DNA of 64,000 nucleotides, from assembly GCA_021613535.1 (NCBI GenBank), contig CP075495.1:10044001-10108000 (forward strand), in the 5' to 3' direction. The stretch is from Adineta vaga. Lineage: Eukaryota; Animalia; Rotifera. How positions within the stretch are numbered: position 1 is the first letter of the stretch; each line of letters opens with the position of its first letter. The translations under genes and the position numbers were made by a program. Below the pieces are notes generated by a model that searched no databases, was not told where the DNA came from, and was given only the letters and a program-made list of their open reading frames with translations. Positions 1 to 14,353 of this stretch are shown piece by piece.

Positions 1-529
1 AACTATCTATATATTCATGTGCATTTCATATACATTTATTAGATATATAATATATGAATGAAGAAAAGATATTGTTAAGATATACATTACGATAGAAAGA
101 TTGATACAAAGACGAGATACATCTGACAAAATTAGTTTTTATTGAGGTTTTGCCTTGAATTTTATTAATGTAAACTATTCGTTGTACATAATCGTTTTGC
201 ACTATCGTTTTCATTTTGATTATGTTGTTCATGATTGACTACAGTTGTATTAGTTAATTTTCTTTTATTAATCGATGATTGTAAAGCATCAATGGTTGGT
301 TGATCATCATCATTAACAATATCAACAATAACATCATTGTCATCAGTTGTCATAATCATACGATCATTACTATTTATCCGATTTTGATTACCATTATTAA
401 ACATTGCATCCATAGCATCTCGAAGACATACACTAACATCTGGCATAACAGATAAATTTGTTCGAGCCTTCAATGAAAAGAATAGATATAAGAATCAACT
501 TAGTTCAATAATAAGATGAAATTTACCAT
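1..529 (-). CDS. Uncharacterised protein, 3' part probably runs off the window edge
   Basis: ATG at 529 followed directly by a GT donor, a short intron, then a coding exon (ARTNLSVMPDVSVCLRDAMDAM..., ORF 165-473). No family recognised. Confidence 0.5.
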
Positions 530-663
530 TGCAAAATAGAAAACTAACTGTTGAATATCTAAAATTCAAGAAAAAATACAACTTATAGTATTCATACTGA
601 TTACTAATAACTAATATTCATTATATTCTTCTTTTCATTACACAAAAAAAAATAGAAAAATGA

Positions 664-2130
664 TTAATTTGTAGCTTGACAGGATGATAGTAAACTATGT
701 AATGATGTCGCAAACGCTGTGGGATTTCGATAAAATGAACAGTTTTGTGAACATGTCATTGGATCAGCATCCCATATCGTTGAATGACATGAACATAATG
801 TTGGCACATTGATTCCACGTTTTGAACAACGTTCTCGTAATGTTGTTTTCAATGCTCGAATGTATCTTGAAGAAGAAAATACACATGTGAGTATTGTCAG
901 ATTTTGTTATACAATTATTTATATACCGTTCAATTTCTCGTCGTTTTTGTTCATGAATACGTTGTTGTCGAAGACGAGCTAATTCTTTTGGATCAGTACT
1001 ATTTACATCAAGGATGGATTCGTCTGGAAATGATATACAAATTAATTTATAATGATCTGTTATATAACTTACTGGAAATTGTTGATATTTGTTGTTGTTG
1101 TGCAAAAGATTCTTCTTGATGCAAACGTTCTGCTTCTTTTAATTCAACAAGACTAAATAATCAGAATGATAACAGATCAAATAAGAACTTGATGTTTTTT
1201 TTCCCGCTAACCGTTGCATTTCTTTGTTTTCTTTACTTAGAAGTAAAGCTTCTTTCACTTGTCGTCGTTCGATTGTCATAAATAAAGCGCGTGTAGCTTG
1301 AAGACGCTTACGATTTTCCAAATTTGTCAAACCACAAGTTAATGAATCTATATATGGAAAAGAGTCTAAAAAAACACAGAATATTCTTCAGTTAGCTTTC
1401 ATACCAGTTAATGCATTCAATGCAAATGTTGAAAGATGATTTTCACTCATTGATCGATGAAGTGTTGTGTCTTAAAAGAAAAATAAATTGATTTCATTTT
1501 CTAATTCTATTGAAAAGTATATTACCTGATGGTGGACGAATTTCTTCATTTTTATTTGTTTTCTAAGGAAAAGAATATAACATGAAGTATTGAGCGCTAA
1601 GAGATTATCTTACGATTGTTATCGGAATAGGATTTAGCCAAGTTCCTGCAGATGGTGTATCATCAGTGGATGGTAAAATATCTGATTGAATAAGTTGTTT
1701 GGAAGCTAAACGTTGTTTACTATGACGAACACGATTTGTTAGTTCATTTGGACGAAATGTTGATGATTCAAGCAGAGGAGTTGTAGCTCGTTGAGATAAA
1801 ACAACAACTGTATCAGCTGGAGCTGGTGGAGGTGGTAAAGCAACAGCTTCAATCTATATATCACAAAGAGAATATGTAAGATAAATTATCCTTCAAACGT
1901 ACTGTTTTATTAGTAGTCTGTCGTTGAACATGATTTTGAGCCTCTCGATAGAGACGAAGTCGATGACGAACAAAAGCATCCAGTTGTTCCACACGTTGTC
2001 GACGTTCATCCATATGTCTTTCAACATATGCTGAATATTGTTCGGCATTATGCTAAATAAGTATAGAAGTTAATTCAAATATCAAAAATATTATCCAGTG
2101 ACCTACAGCAGCATCATTCAAAGACATCAT
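664..2130 (-). CDS. CCDC15: Coiled-coil domain-containing protein 15 (centriolar), multi-exon
   Basis: C-terminus RYIRALKTTLRERC..VPTLCSCHSTIWDADPMTCSQNCSFYRNPTAFATSLHSLL matches the CCDC15 motif PLCCC..FWDAHPDTCANNCIFYKN..AY..AL. Also RALFMTIERRQVKE. Start at 2130 is inferred. Confidence 0.8.
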
Positions 2131-2201
2131 TTTGCTTACAAAAGATTAATAAGATAAGATCGATCAAATCAAGTCAAGTCAATGTGAAGAAAAAAAATAT
2201 T

Positions 2202-2215
2202 GTTGGGATGACAAC
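2202..2215. promoter_or_regulatory. X-box (RFX)-like site upstream of CCDC15
   Basis: GTTGGGATGACAAC, a 14-bp imperfect palindrome ~70 bp upstream of the inferred ATG of a centriolar gene. Confidence 0.35.
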
Positions 2216-2968
2216 AATAAGAGAAGAGGAAAAGTAAGAGGAGAGGTTGCTTGAATTAACAAACGTGATAATATGAGTACAGATGACGCTATCGTCTGTC
2301 ATGTATATTTATTTGAGTTCTGTTGAAAGATCTATTGATGAATAGAAAGATAAAGTTGTTAACTCGTTGTTTTCTTTTTAGTAAAGAACAGTTTATAATT
2401 TTAATGAAATATTAGGACTATATGTTAAGATTCTATAGATATGATAGTATTGTTGAGTATATATTTATTAAACTTAAAAAAGATTATATTTGTACTTGTT
2501 GAACATATTTTGTCGATTTCTTTAAAAAAAATTAATCATAAAAATATCTGAAAAATTTCTTTGTAAACTTTGTGAAATATGATTTATTATTCTAAAGATA
2601 AGTAAGAGAAATTGTTTTGGTTTCATTTCTACTTCATTAATAAAACAGTAGAATGGATTTCTTTTTCTTTCGTTTATTTGAAATTTGATCGTCAAAATAC
2701 AGAATCATCAAATCTGGATGCACATTCATGGCTGCAATACAATATGTTCCGAGGAAAAAGCGTCATCATCTTTTATATGTACCTAATCATGGAAACACTA
2801 ATGAAGAAGTAATCACTGATTGATTTTCTTCTAATCTTCATTGCGTATGTATACGTAGATAAAACAAGTGCCCAATGACAATAAAGCTAATGTCCAATCA
2901 TTCCTGATCGAATTCAATCAATATTTCTACACATTCAAACGAAGCAGTCAAAAGAACATATTAAAGAG

Positions 2969-4926
2969 ATGAACAATGAAAACACATCAAAAGAGAATAG
3001 TCCTTCTCAACATACTTGCTATAAGTAAGTTATTTCTCTCAGAGTATCATAAGATATGATATATTCAAAGCTTTTACAACACATATTTTTGATAGTAAGG
3101 CTAACTACAATAATACACATTCGATATTGAATGTTATAGATAGATAGAATAGTTTTTCTTTATTGGAAATATACATATAAGTTTTTTTTGTCGATTTCGA
3201 CATCAGAAGAATAGATGTATTAACTGTTATCACGCATGTTCCTATCTATTTTAGACAGCTAAGCACGAAACAGAAGCTTGTTTTCAAACTAATCGTTATT
3301 GCACTTTTGTTTGTGAGCATTGTATCCATTATTATTTTACCTCCTGTAGTTTTGCTAGTTATCCGTCGAACAACTCTTCGTAAGTCATTAATTAAGCGAA
3401 ATCAGTGATGATATATTGCTGATTTATCTAGCTACCAGTACTGCAACGGTAAATCCATGTTCTTCAACAACATGTATTGGTCAAGAAACACCTAATCAAA
3501 TAGTTACAACAACAGTTCTTTATCAATTCAATGGAAATGCGAATGACTCAAGTGGACGTTTCGTTGGAATACCTTTTGGTAATCCCACATATGTGACTCA
3601 ATCTTGTGTGGGTACTTCGGCATTGAATTTGAATTCTGGTTCATTTCAATACATTCAAATACCATATGTTAATTTAGAAAAACAAAGTTTTACTATAGAA
3701 ACATGGCTCTATTTGACAACTAATTCAGTTGTTGGTGATTTCGGAATATTTAGTCAATGTGATTTAGATTTGATTTGCTTATCAATAAGTTTAAAAAATG
3801 GACGGTTTATTCTCTCATTTGATTCTATGAATATTCAGAATAAAACATTGGTTGGTACTACTTTATTTTCTATAAGGGAATGGATGCATTTGACAGTAAT
3901 CTATGATGCCACATTATATCAACAAAGAATCTATATTAATGGACGAATTGATGCTGTCTCGAATGGTATCGTTTCTGCATATCAAGGAGCTTCGAAAAAT
4001 ACAACAACGACTGTTGGACGAAGTAGATTTCTTTCATCTGGATTCACATTTTTTCAAGGGTAAGTATAGTTCTTATCATTTTTCGAAAATGAAAGTATTG
4101 TTTCGTATTTTATTGTGAAAAAATCAATTGTTTCTTTTTTCAATGATAGAATTTACTTTCTAGACGAATCGATCACTTTAAAATTTCCATTGGTACAGTT
4201 CGAACTACTTGCCAAATTTATAATGATGCAACACTAACAGCATATTATCCGTTTGATACTAGTAGTACATTCGATGATTTTAGTGTCAATCGTTTTAATG
4301 GAATTGCATCGAATACAACTGTAATATCTGCTGGACGTTATGAACAAGCAATAAATTTTACATCATCAATAAGTTACTTTCAAGCACAATCTTTTCCAGT
4401 AATTCGAAATACATCAGGATCGAGTCCACCTTTTACATTTTCACTTTGGGTTAATCCAACCTCACCTATAGGTGGTGGTTCGCTCGTTCATATTTCAAAT
4501 TTACCATCTGGCGCTGGTTTTCTATGCTATGATCTACTTGCTTTGACAATGACTGGTGCTCTAGTGGTTCAATTTATGGAAAGTGGATTTTCTGTAACTG
4601 GCTTACAAGGACCTATCTTACCTATAAATACATGGTCTCATATTGCTGTCATCTATTCAAGAGAAAATGGAATACGACTTTTATTCAATGGACAAGTTTA
4701 TGTGACATCTTCATTAATAGCTATTCCTCAAAATATAGCGAGATGGGAAGTACCCTTGTATATTACGTTAGGTAATAATAGTCCATTAGGTCCTTCGAGT
4801 GGAATTACGTGTCAAACAGGTTCGATTTCATTCGTATCAGGATCTTATATTGGTGCTATTGATGAATTTCGACTTTATAATCGAGAATTGAATGCTCAAG
4901 AACTATGTAATCTTGTTAATATATAA
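2969..4926 (+). CDS. Type II membrane protein with two LamG/concanavalin-A-like (Laminin_G_3) domains, copy 1
   Basis: TM exon at ~3255-3378 (LIVIALLFVSIVSIIILPPVVLLVI), then YQFNGNANDSSG, SFTIETW, WMHLTVIYD, IYING, and a second domain ending IGAIDEFRLYNREL. The true start may be an upstream ATG at 2728. Confidence 0.8.
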
Positions 4927-5329
4927 AATTGAAAAACAAATTCGTACACCAATATAATCTTTGTACATCTATGAAAATTGAGAGCAGACATCACACATTC
5001 TCTTCTAATTTTACAATCTTAAAATACGAATTCTATTTGTTAGGAAAACAATAACAATAAAAATGAACTTATCGAGGTGATTTGTCTAAAACTAATTTTT
5101 CTGTTTGATGCTCTATAATAAGGAAACCATTGATGAAACTTTGTAAATATTTTAATTAAAAAAAGGATTTTTAAAAAAGAAATATATGGAATAGTGAAAC
5201 ATTCCAAGTTTCGGTACCACTCTAGCTATCTGATTCAAATAATTACGGCATAAATTACATTCGTATTTTTCCGAATTTTTAATTTTTGTAATCAGAAAAA
5301 GTTTTCAGCAACAGAATTAGAACATATAC

Positions 5330-7580
5330 ATGTTGAAAGAAAAAGTTTCGAACACAAAACATCGACCAGTGATTACAATTGTACCGAGACGATTATCCGC
5401 TATACGACAGAAAGTAATACTATTGCTAATTCATCGTCAACAAAAACTAACTGCTTTATTTAGATTAATCCGCTGTCTACTGATAAACAATATGGTCTTG
5501 CTGATAGTAAGAATGATATTCAATCTACAACAATACCAACAATTCTTTCTGCTCGAAAATTAACAAAAACAGATGGTAAACATAATTCAATAGACACAAG
5601 TTCAAAAAATGTTAAAAGTGATTCACAAAATAAGAGAGTCTCAACATCTAGTAATGTTTGTGCTTCAACATCAAATGAGACCAATGTCCTTAGAAACATG
5701 GAAGATTCGAAACAATCGAACAGTGATTCTAAAAGATTGTTCAAGTAAGAAAGATTTTCATCTCCTTTTATAATGTATATTCATTCAATAAAACTGAATA
5801 CTGACATGTACGATATTTATTAAAAACTATAAATCGAATGAGAAGAAAATATTAACTTTTATTTCGTATGTAAATTATTTTCTGTCTTTTCTCTATAGTC
5901 GTTCGACACCTAAACAAAAGTCTTTCATTAAATTAATGATAGTAATACTAATCATTGCTATTATCGCAGTAATTACTATATTTCTACCAGTCTACTTTCT
6001 TGTTATTCGACGACCTAGTTCACAATGAGGGTGAATAGTTCGAAACCGAGAAATTGAATCTCATCATTTTACCATTAATTTAGCTTCCTTCACGAATATA
6101 ACTATCTCAAGTTGTTATGCAACAACATGTCTTGGTCAAGAAACACCCTATCGTACGCGCATGATTACTGTGCTCTATCCTATCGATGGGAATGCAAATG
6201 ATATAAGTGGATATGCAAGTGGAATTGCATTAGGGTCAAATTCACCTTCATATACTGGTTATTCTTATTTCGGTTACCAGGCAATTACTCTTTTTTCATT
6301 CCTTCAACAGTATGTTATGATTCCATCTGTCAATTTATCAGAAAAAAGTTTTACAATAGAAACATGGATTATGAGTACCAGTGCTGCTGTAACGGGTGAC
6401 TATGGAATCTTTGGTCAATGTGATTTGAGTTTGAATTGTTTGTTAATAAGTGTAAGAGATTCTCGGTTTGTAGTCTCCTTTAATTCGACAAAGACGAATA
6501 GTAATACATTGACTGGAACAACTTTTATTACTCCAAATATTTGGTTTCATCTAACGATAGCTTATGATGCTTTATTGTATCAACAACAAACTTATGTTAA
6601 TGTCTTCTGGATGCGATTTCCATTCGTAAAATACTTCCTCATCAAGGAACTTTAATTGGATCAACAACAACGATTGGGAGAAGTGTCTCACTCATGTATG
6701 GAACAACACATTTTCAAGGGTTTGTATTATTTTTAATATGATTAATTACCATTCGATATTATCTCTTTTCTTGCAAGATTTTTCTTTGAGAAATATATAT
6801 TCCAAAAAAAGCTTTTCATTCTATAGACGAATTGATCATTTTACTATTTCGGCTGGTGTAATACGGACTACCTGTCAGATTTATAATGATGCAACATTAG
6901 CAGTTTATTTTCCATTTGATACAATTGATCCATTTAATGATCGTAGTACCAATCTTTACAATAGCATTGCTTCGTCTTCAGTTACCATCTCTACAGATCG
7001 TATTAATCAAGCACTTTATTTTACATCAAGTACGAGTTATTTCCAATCACAATGCTTTCCAAATTCAAAATTGGATGATCCACCATTTACATTTTCATTC
7101 TGGATTAATCCATCTTCATTTATTGGTGGTAGTACAATCATTCACGTGTCAAATTCATTGCATGGCAATGGAACTTTGTGTTTCGATCTGCTTGCGTTGA
7201 CAAATACTGGCAGTGTGGTAGCTCAATGGATGCTTTGGTCCAATGCTGTTGAGGGCATTCAAGGCCCAGTTATATCTGCAAACACATGGACTCATATAGT
7301 TTATATTTATTCCAGACCAAATAGTGTACGTCTTTATATTAATGCACAATTGAGTGTCACAACACCAAGTGCCGGCAGTATTAATTTACGAGATTTCGAT
7401 GCGCCATTTTATATTATTTTGGGTAACATCAGTCCTTTAGGTTCATCAGCATCTGTTAATTGTAATACTGCTGCTAGTTTTCCTATAGTTTCTGGATCAT
7501 TTATTGGTGCTATTGATGATTTTAGAATCTACAGTCGTGAATTGAATCCGCAAGAGATTTGTGTACTAGCTAATCTATAG
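5330..7580 (+). pseudogene. Double-LamG membrane protein, copy 2, disrupted
   Basis: Same exon layout as copy 1. In-frame TGA at 6026-6028 after the TM segment. One-base frameshift at ~6602 (AAT G-T CTT CTG GAT GCG versus copy 1 NGRIDA). Second LamG exon is intact. Confidence 0.7.
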
Positions 7581-7818
7581 TTATCTATATGTATATTCTT
7601 CTTAATGATGATGATAAAAAAACTCTGATTGAATTTTTTCCTCAAGATATTTTTGAAAATTCTGTTTTATAAATTGTCTTAACTGTCATTAAATGAATGT
7701 CATTCACTGAATTCTCTTCATTTCCCAATTCTTCAAACGTTTCTTGAATTACATTCAGGATGGGCTGTCATGTGATTAAACATGCTTTCTAGTTTTACTC
7801 AATTTAAAATGAGTTGAA

Positions 7819-9581
7819 ATGTCTAAAAAAACCTTTCTTAAGATTTGTCAAAACTTGCTCGTCATCACGTTCTCTTCGTATTGTTTTTTCCATTTGTATT
7901 CAATCTCATTTTTTTTAGGTGAATTATTTTCAAATCCAATGAAAAATAATCACATAATGATCGCCAAGTAACTTCAATAGACACATTTTCGAGTTTCATT
8001 ATTAAAAAATTGGTACACTCAACATCTACACAAGAATTCAGTCTTTTCTTTTCATTTAACTATTTATTAGATACGTTCGTGAAATAAAGATCAACGCAAA
8101 TATACCTCATAAAAAGCATCCCCTATGTATTTCATACATACTACGACAAGTGCTTCCAGTTACAAAAAAATTAAAAAAATAGTCGCATTCACTCAAGATA
8201 AAACGTTAATTTCCATAGATCAAACTAGATTTTTTCAATGAAGAAGTTCAGTCTATACGAAATACTAATAATTTTACAACTCAAAATAATCAATTCATAT
8301 CGAACCCACCAGAATTATTGCACACATATGGAAATAATTATTGATATGCTGGCATTCGTTATTACTGCAGTAGCTGCCATACTTCCTTCAGTATATATAT
8401 ATTTGTCATTCGTTGATCTAATTCACAATGTTCGTATTCATTTTATGAATTAAATGAAGAGCTATATTTTTGAATGTGTATTTTTCAATTCTAGCTTCAT
8501 TTACTAATATTACGGTATCAGACTGTGATGCAACAACATTTATTGGTTAAGAAAGACCTTATCGTACATCAATGATTAGTGTGCTGTATCCATTTACGAT
8601 TAATATTCCAAGTGATTATGGTGTATTTTGCTCAATGCGATTCCGATTTAGTATGTTTCGCATTGAATATAAGAAATAGTCGTTTTATTCTTTCATTTGA
8701 TTCAATGAATACAACCAATAATACATTAGTTAGTACCATAGTGCTGACTGGAAACTGTTGGGTACATGTTGCAATTGTTTAAAATGTTGTACTTAGTCAA
8801 CAACAACAACTATTGGATGAAGTTTATTCTTCGCGACCGGTTTTTCTGACGGTCGGTAGAGGATAGTTGCTTATTGATTAATTTTCTTTTCTAGACGAAT
8901 GGATCATTTGACGATATCAGTTGGAATTGTACGAACTGCTTGTCAGATATATAATGTTACCACATTAATAGAATATTATTCATTTTATACTAATGGAATT
9001 TTAGTCAGCATAGCGACATTACCTAATGGCCGTGTAGGACAGGCGATATATTTTCGTCTAGGAACAAGTTACTTTCAGGCATTCTGTTTTTCATTCTTGC
9101 GTCTTATTAATCCAACTTCATTAATAGGCAGTGGTTCATTGATACATATATCTGCCATTCAAAATGGTAGTCGATCTATTTGTTATGATCTTCTTGCTTT
9201 CTCTTCAACTGGAGCTCTAATTGTACAATGGATTCAGAATACTGGTGTTGTTAATGGAACTCTAGGACGTACTATACCAGTCAACACATGGACTCATATA
9301 GCTGTTGTATATGGTTTGGCAAGTGGCTTACGTCTTTTTGTCAATGGTCTATTCTCTAGTTCATCTCAAAATACAAACAATTTAAGTTTACAAGATTATA
9401 ATGTGCCAATTTATATTACATTGAGCACAAATAGTCCGTAGGGTTCTTCATCAATTAGTACTTGCCAAAACGGTACAATACCACTTGTATCAGGTCAATT
9501 TATAGGTGATATCGATTCATGTCGACTCTACAACCGAGAATTAGATATTCAAGATATATGTGTGTGCTAGCTAATATTTAA
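7819..9581 (+). pseudogene. Double-LamG membrane protein, copy 3, heavily decayed
   Basis: Homologous fragments (FAQCDSDLVCFALNIRNSRFILSFDSMN; CYDLLAFSSTGALIVQW; NTWTHIAVVY) with stops at ~8548, 8780 and 9439, internal deletions and a terminal frameshift. 5' boundary is approximate. Confidence 0.75.
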
Positions 9582-10196
9582 TTTTGAACAATGAAGCTCG
9601 AAGTAAAACCTAATATGTTTATTTTCAATAGTATATTAATATATTGCAGGAATGAAATATAAAAAAAAAAAAAAAAATCTCTGCTATACTTAAGTGTACT
9701 ATTACTGTCATTGTATGGATATGTAGCTAATTTGATTTATCTCAAAGCCTTCAATGGAAATTTCGTTTGAGTATATCGAATTTTCATATTATCCTTTTTG
9801 TCCGTCCGTCATCTGCAAGTACGATCTATTAAATTTATTTTCTTTACCTGTTTTTCTGATTCGATTTCGCTGTTCGACGTATGTATGTCATCATTTCATC
9901 CACGTATAAACCGTTCATCAAAACATCCAACCATACGATTCTTCTCAATACTCTAACAATCATTCTTCATCATGTCGAGAGAACATGTGAGGTGGCGCAC
10001 TCTTTCTGTCTGGTAAATACTAATACTTCATTGTTTATTTCCTGTTCTGTTGCAGATTCTAGACAAAAGAATAGCTTATCATCAAAGAAATTTAAAATTT
10101 GCTTTATTATCGTTTTTTTGTAAGTTAAAAATTTGTTGAATTCGAACAGAAAAACAAGGAGAATTTTTTATTCAGTGTTTTATATTTGTATCAATC

Positions 10197-11057
10197 ATGA
10201 GTTATAATTTTACTGCAAATCAGGCAGCACAGGGAGCAAACTATGCTGGACGAGCGATGAATGCATTTCAATCTGCTGTCAACATCGACAATCAACAGCC
10301 GCAAGCTGAAGGTACTACATTCTGGTTTCGATGGTTCATTCGAGTTGTTGCTATTGTTACTGGACTTCGTAAGTTTCTACGACAGAAAAAAAAGAAACTC
10401 AATAACAATCGTTTTTTTTCTATTTTTCATAGTTGCAATGCTTTGTGGATTGTTTGGTGCATTAAGTATATCACCTTTTTGTATCATTGCTGGCGTTATG
10501 ATGATGTTCGTATCAATCTTCTATTTTCGAAGATAAAAGTTTATTTTTCTAATCTTTCATTAGTTTTCTGGGCTGTGCATTAATTATGTTCGAAGTACCA
10601 GTTTGTTGTCAATTCGTGCAATATACTCAACCTTTAGCACAATTTTCTCAACAAAGTCCACCATGGAAAAAGGCTATACTATATTCAGTGTATGTTTAAT
10701 TGGAAGAAAATTCCTATTCAAATGATATTATTTTTGTATTTATAAAAATATTTCAGACCACCATTAGTGCCATTACTTTTCTGCCATTCATTAAGCATTG
10801 TATTTGGTTTTATCTGTTTATTGGTCAATGGCGCCATTCAATTCATGTTAGCTGTTGGCAAAAAGTAATACTACATTTTCTATTGAAAACATATGTTAAT
10901 GTAAGATTTCTTTTCTAGAGCACCATTAGAGGATATGCTTCAACGAGCAGGTGTTGGTAGTAATCTTCGAGGTCCACCTGTACCTGAAGGTCCACCAATG
11001 AATGCTCCTGCAGCACCATCAAATGATAAGGGATTTACATTTACACCCTTACATTAA
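10197..11057 (+). CDS. CACFD1: Calcium channel Flower homolog, 5 coding exons
   Basis: Spliced product: WFRWFIRVVAIVTG..CGLFGALSISPFCIIAG..FEVPVCCQFVQY..PWKKAILY..LAVGKK, typical Flower motifs. Confidence 0.85.
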
Positions 11058-11973
11058 ATGAAATCAATAAGAAAATATTCCAAGTGCGATCATTAGTTAT
11101 CAATCTATATTGATGTATTTTAGCATTTATTTCACTCTATTTGTCAAATCAAATTTAGTCTTTATTATTTATATATGTATATCTACTGTTGTCAATCATC
11201 TTTTCCTCTTTACTTTGCTTTAGTTCATCCTTTTGTTGTTGTTGTTATTGTTGTTTCGTACGATTGTGACGTTTGGTTCTCGTTGTTGTCGTGCTAATTC
11301 TCGAAGAAATATTTCTTTGAAAATACTCTTCACAACGAGATTATGCACAAATAATATTAATCATTTTCAAAGATTATTATGATCTTAAGAAATATTTGTC
11401 TTGTTCTATACAGATTCCAAGCATAGTTTCACATCTATATTAGAACAATTATGAAAATTCAACTTCTGTATATAGTAAAGTTTTAATGCGAATACTTCAT
11501 TGTGAAATGTTGAGCATACAAAACAGAGAAGCATACGCTGCTAGTTATGATTCACTTAGTAATATTCTTTTAAAACTATGGGCGGAAAAAACATACATAT
11601 ATTCCTAGTTAATCTTTTGGAAGAAATCAATCGAAATGTTTACGTTTTTATCGTGAAATCGTACTAAAAGAACTTCTATTGTTAACTGAGATAAACTGAT
11701 CTCACGCTGTATTTATTAGAATTGATTTATGATCTTGTCTTGAATGAATAATGTTTTCTATTGGTATGTATATAAATACATATATTGAGCTCTATACATA
11801 TACGAAATTATGAAGAACATTAGTGAACAGCGAATGTCTATGCTTTGTTGTTTGTTTATTAATTTTATTCTTTTTTTCTCAATATCTCTCAAATATCAAG
11901 TTGGTAATAAATGATGTCAAAACGAGAGACGTATAATCGAAAACAAAGATGAATTGCCAAACGAAAGATTGTT

Positions 11974-12535
11974 TTATTTCGATTTTTGGCTAGTTGGTTG
12001 TGTTGTTGCTGGTGCGGCTGTTTCTGTTGCGCCTGCTCCTTTTTTCGATTTCATAACCATAGCAACGATACGTTGTTCTTCAATGAGAAAAGCTCGAACA
12101 ATACTAAGAAAGAAATAGAAATAGAAATATCTGAAACCTAGAAGTTCTTTGTCTTACCGAAGTCGAACACATTTAGCACATCGTGATCCACCATAAGTAC
12201 GTGAAACAGTTTTCAATCGTTTTGTCATTGACATACGTTCTTTGGGGCGAGATGCTTTGATCTAAATAAAATAAATCAATAGATTCAATCACAAATTTCT
12301 TCAAGGGAATTTACGCCTGGTAATTCAACTTTACAATCACCACATTTGGGGACTGTTCCTCGTTTTTTAACATATTGATATGTTAATTTACCACCGGGTG
12401 TTTTGACACTGAAAACAAAATCAATAATTTCGTTTTTTTTATTGATAGAACTCGTTTAAATTTAACATACACTTTAACCCGATTGGATTTGGTATTGTAT
12501 GATAAGCGGCGACGATAAGTTAATCGTTGGACCAT
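11974..12535 (-). CDS. RPL34: 60S ribosomal protein L34 (eL34), 4 coding exons; absent from the ORF track
   Basis: [69 protein letters not shown]. Confidence 0.97.
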
Positions 12536-12842
12536 TTTTTGTCGATAGATTTTCTTTTAAATGATCTAAAAATAAAATAAAATGATATAGATTTTCCAAA
12601 ATAGGAATAACTTGCGAAAAAACTACTGGAAAGAATAAATAAACAGAATCGACTTCATCTATATTTTCCTATTGGCTAAGAATTAATAACCAATGAAAAT
12701 TAGATGCGAATCATCGAACCTCGCTCAAAATGCATTTATATGTTATAAAATCTTTTTGAAGGATGTTACTTAGTAAGCAGTATTCATGAATGGTGTATGC
12801 ATTGTTCATGTCATAGTAGTATGTAATGTAAGAGTCTTTTTG
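12536..12842. promoter_or_regulatory. Bidirectional promoter between RPL34 and TPGS1
   Basis: Divergent ATGs ~300 bp apart. Opposed CCAAT boxes (ATTGG at 12671, CCAAT at 12690), pyrimidine tract TTCTTTCC on the minus strand at 12628-12635, X-box-like GTTACTTAGTAAG at 12765-12777. Confidence 0.5.
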
Positions 12843-14288
12843 ATGGCTGCACGTTTTCAACCTAAAGGTGTTCCAAGTGGTCGATTAACGCCATCAAATC
12901 CAACTACATCAGCAACAAATTCAACGTTCTCAATATCGTCACCAACAACATTTGCTAACACTGTTAGTGAAACGGATCAAGCTTATCTTGGTAAAACTAA
13001 CTTTTCAAACCATGAATTTCTTTGAGAATGTCTGTTCATTTAGATCGTATAAAAGCACGAGAAATTATTTCAGAAGCTTTATTACAAGTAACTCGAATTA
13101 AACCTGATAATCCAATTGATTTTCTTTATAATTAGTAAGTTATTTGTTCGTATATCAGAATTTTTATTTCGATTCGATCGAATAATTCCAGTTTTGAAAG
13201 TCAATGTCAAACAAATCCGTTTGAAAAAGCATTGACACGTTTACGTCTTGCTGATCCAAAACATTCATCGTTTAATTCTTTACTTGTTGAATTATATTCA
13301 TATTTCAATGCTTGTAAGTGAATAGAGACCTTTTGATTGAATCAAAATGATCTATTCTAGCAAATAATGACGTTGTTTTACTCAAAGGTGACGTATACAA
13401 TAAATTATTAGATAATTTATGTAATAAGTAAGATGAGTATGATTTATATGAATAAATAATTAAATAAATTTCTTTACTTATTCTAGCCAAATGTGGTCAG
13501 GATCAAAAGATCATCGAACAACATTATTATCACTAGTTAGTCTTCGTCCAAATGATGCTGTTAGTTTTAATATATTTAAATATGGTATTCAAGCAATTTT
13601 ACTAGCAAAAGGTTAGTAGAAGGAAAAAAAAGTAGATGTCTACTCTGATATTCTAATCATTTCGTAGTTGTGAGAGAAGTCGACTGATATCTACTAGTCA
13701 AGTGATTGTGTTTATAAGAGAATAGAAATATTATAATTGTTGCCTTATAGTTAGTTCTCCAGGATATAATAAAAACATATCTAATGATTTACTTTTGCTA
13801 ATATGGAGATGCTATTGTTTGAGTTTTATTTTGTATATTGAATAGATCATATGTTAAGAGTGTATGTGTTTGATTATTTAGAATTTGATAAATTGGCTCA
13901 ATCATTATACATTTCACTGGCACATCATGCCGGTAGCAATACGGATGTAGATCGATCTATTTGTGATATTCTTTTACAAATGCTTACAACTTCACTTGAA
14001 ATGCTCAATAAAACGCAAAATGATACTTTCAGGTAATCACCTAATCGTTCATCTTTCTTTCATGTGGATGAAAAGAAATATGTTTATCTAATGTAATCAT
14101 ATTACTTTATTTTATTTTGTAGTCTTCACGAATCCATTGTAAAATTAAGTCCACATCAAGTTAAACAAACGTTAGAACAACGTGGATCTTTATCACGATC
14201 ATCAACTTCCAAAAATCGAATAACTTTAGAAGAATTTCAAAATTTAGCTATGTCTATTTATTTAACTACTATTAAAAAAATTCCTTAG
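12843..14288 (+). CDS. TPGS1: Tubulin polyglutamylase complex subunit 1, multi-exon
   Basis: RIIa-like motif EALLQVTRIKPDNPIDFLYNYF, then KALTRLRLA..SFN, LKGDVYNKLL, DAVSFNIFKYG, EFDKLAQSLY, collinear with TPGS1. Confidence 0.75.
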
Positions 14289-14353
14289 CAGAAAGATCAA
14301 CAACAAATGTTATATTTCATAATTTCGTTATATTTTACTAATTCTTCTTGTAG

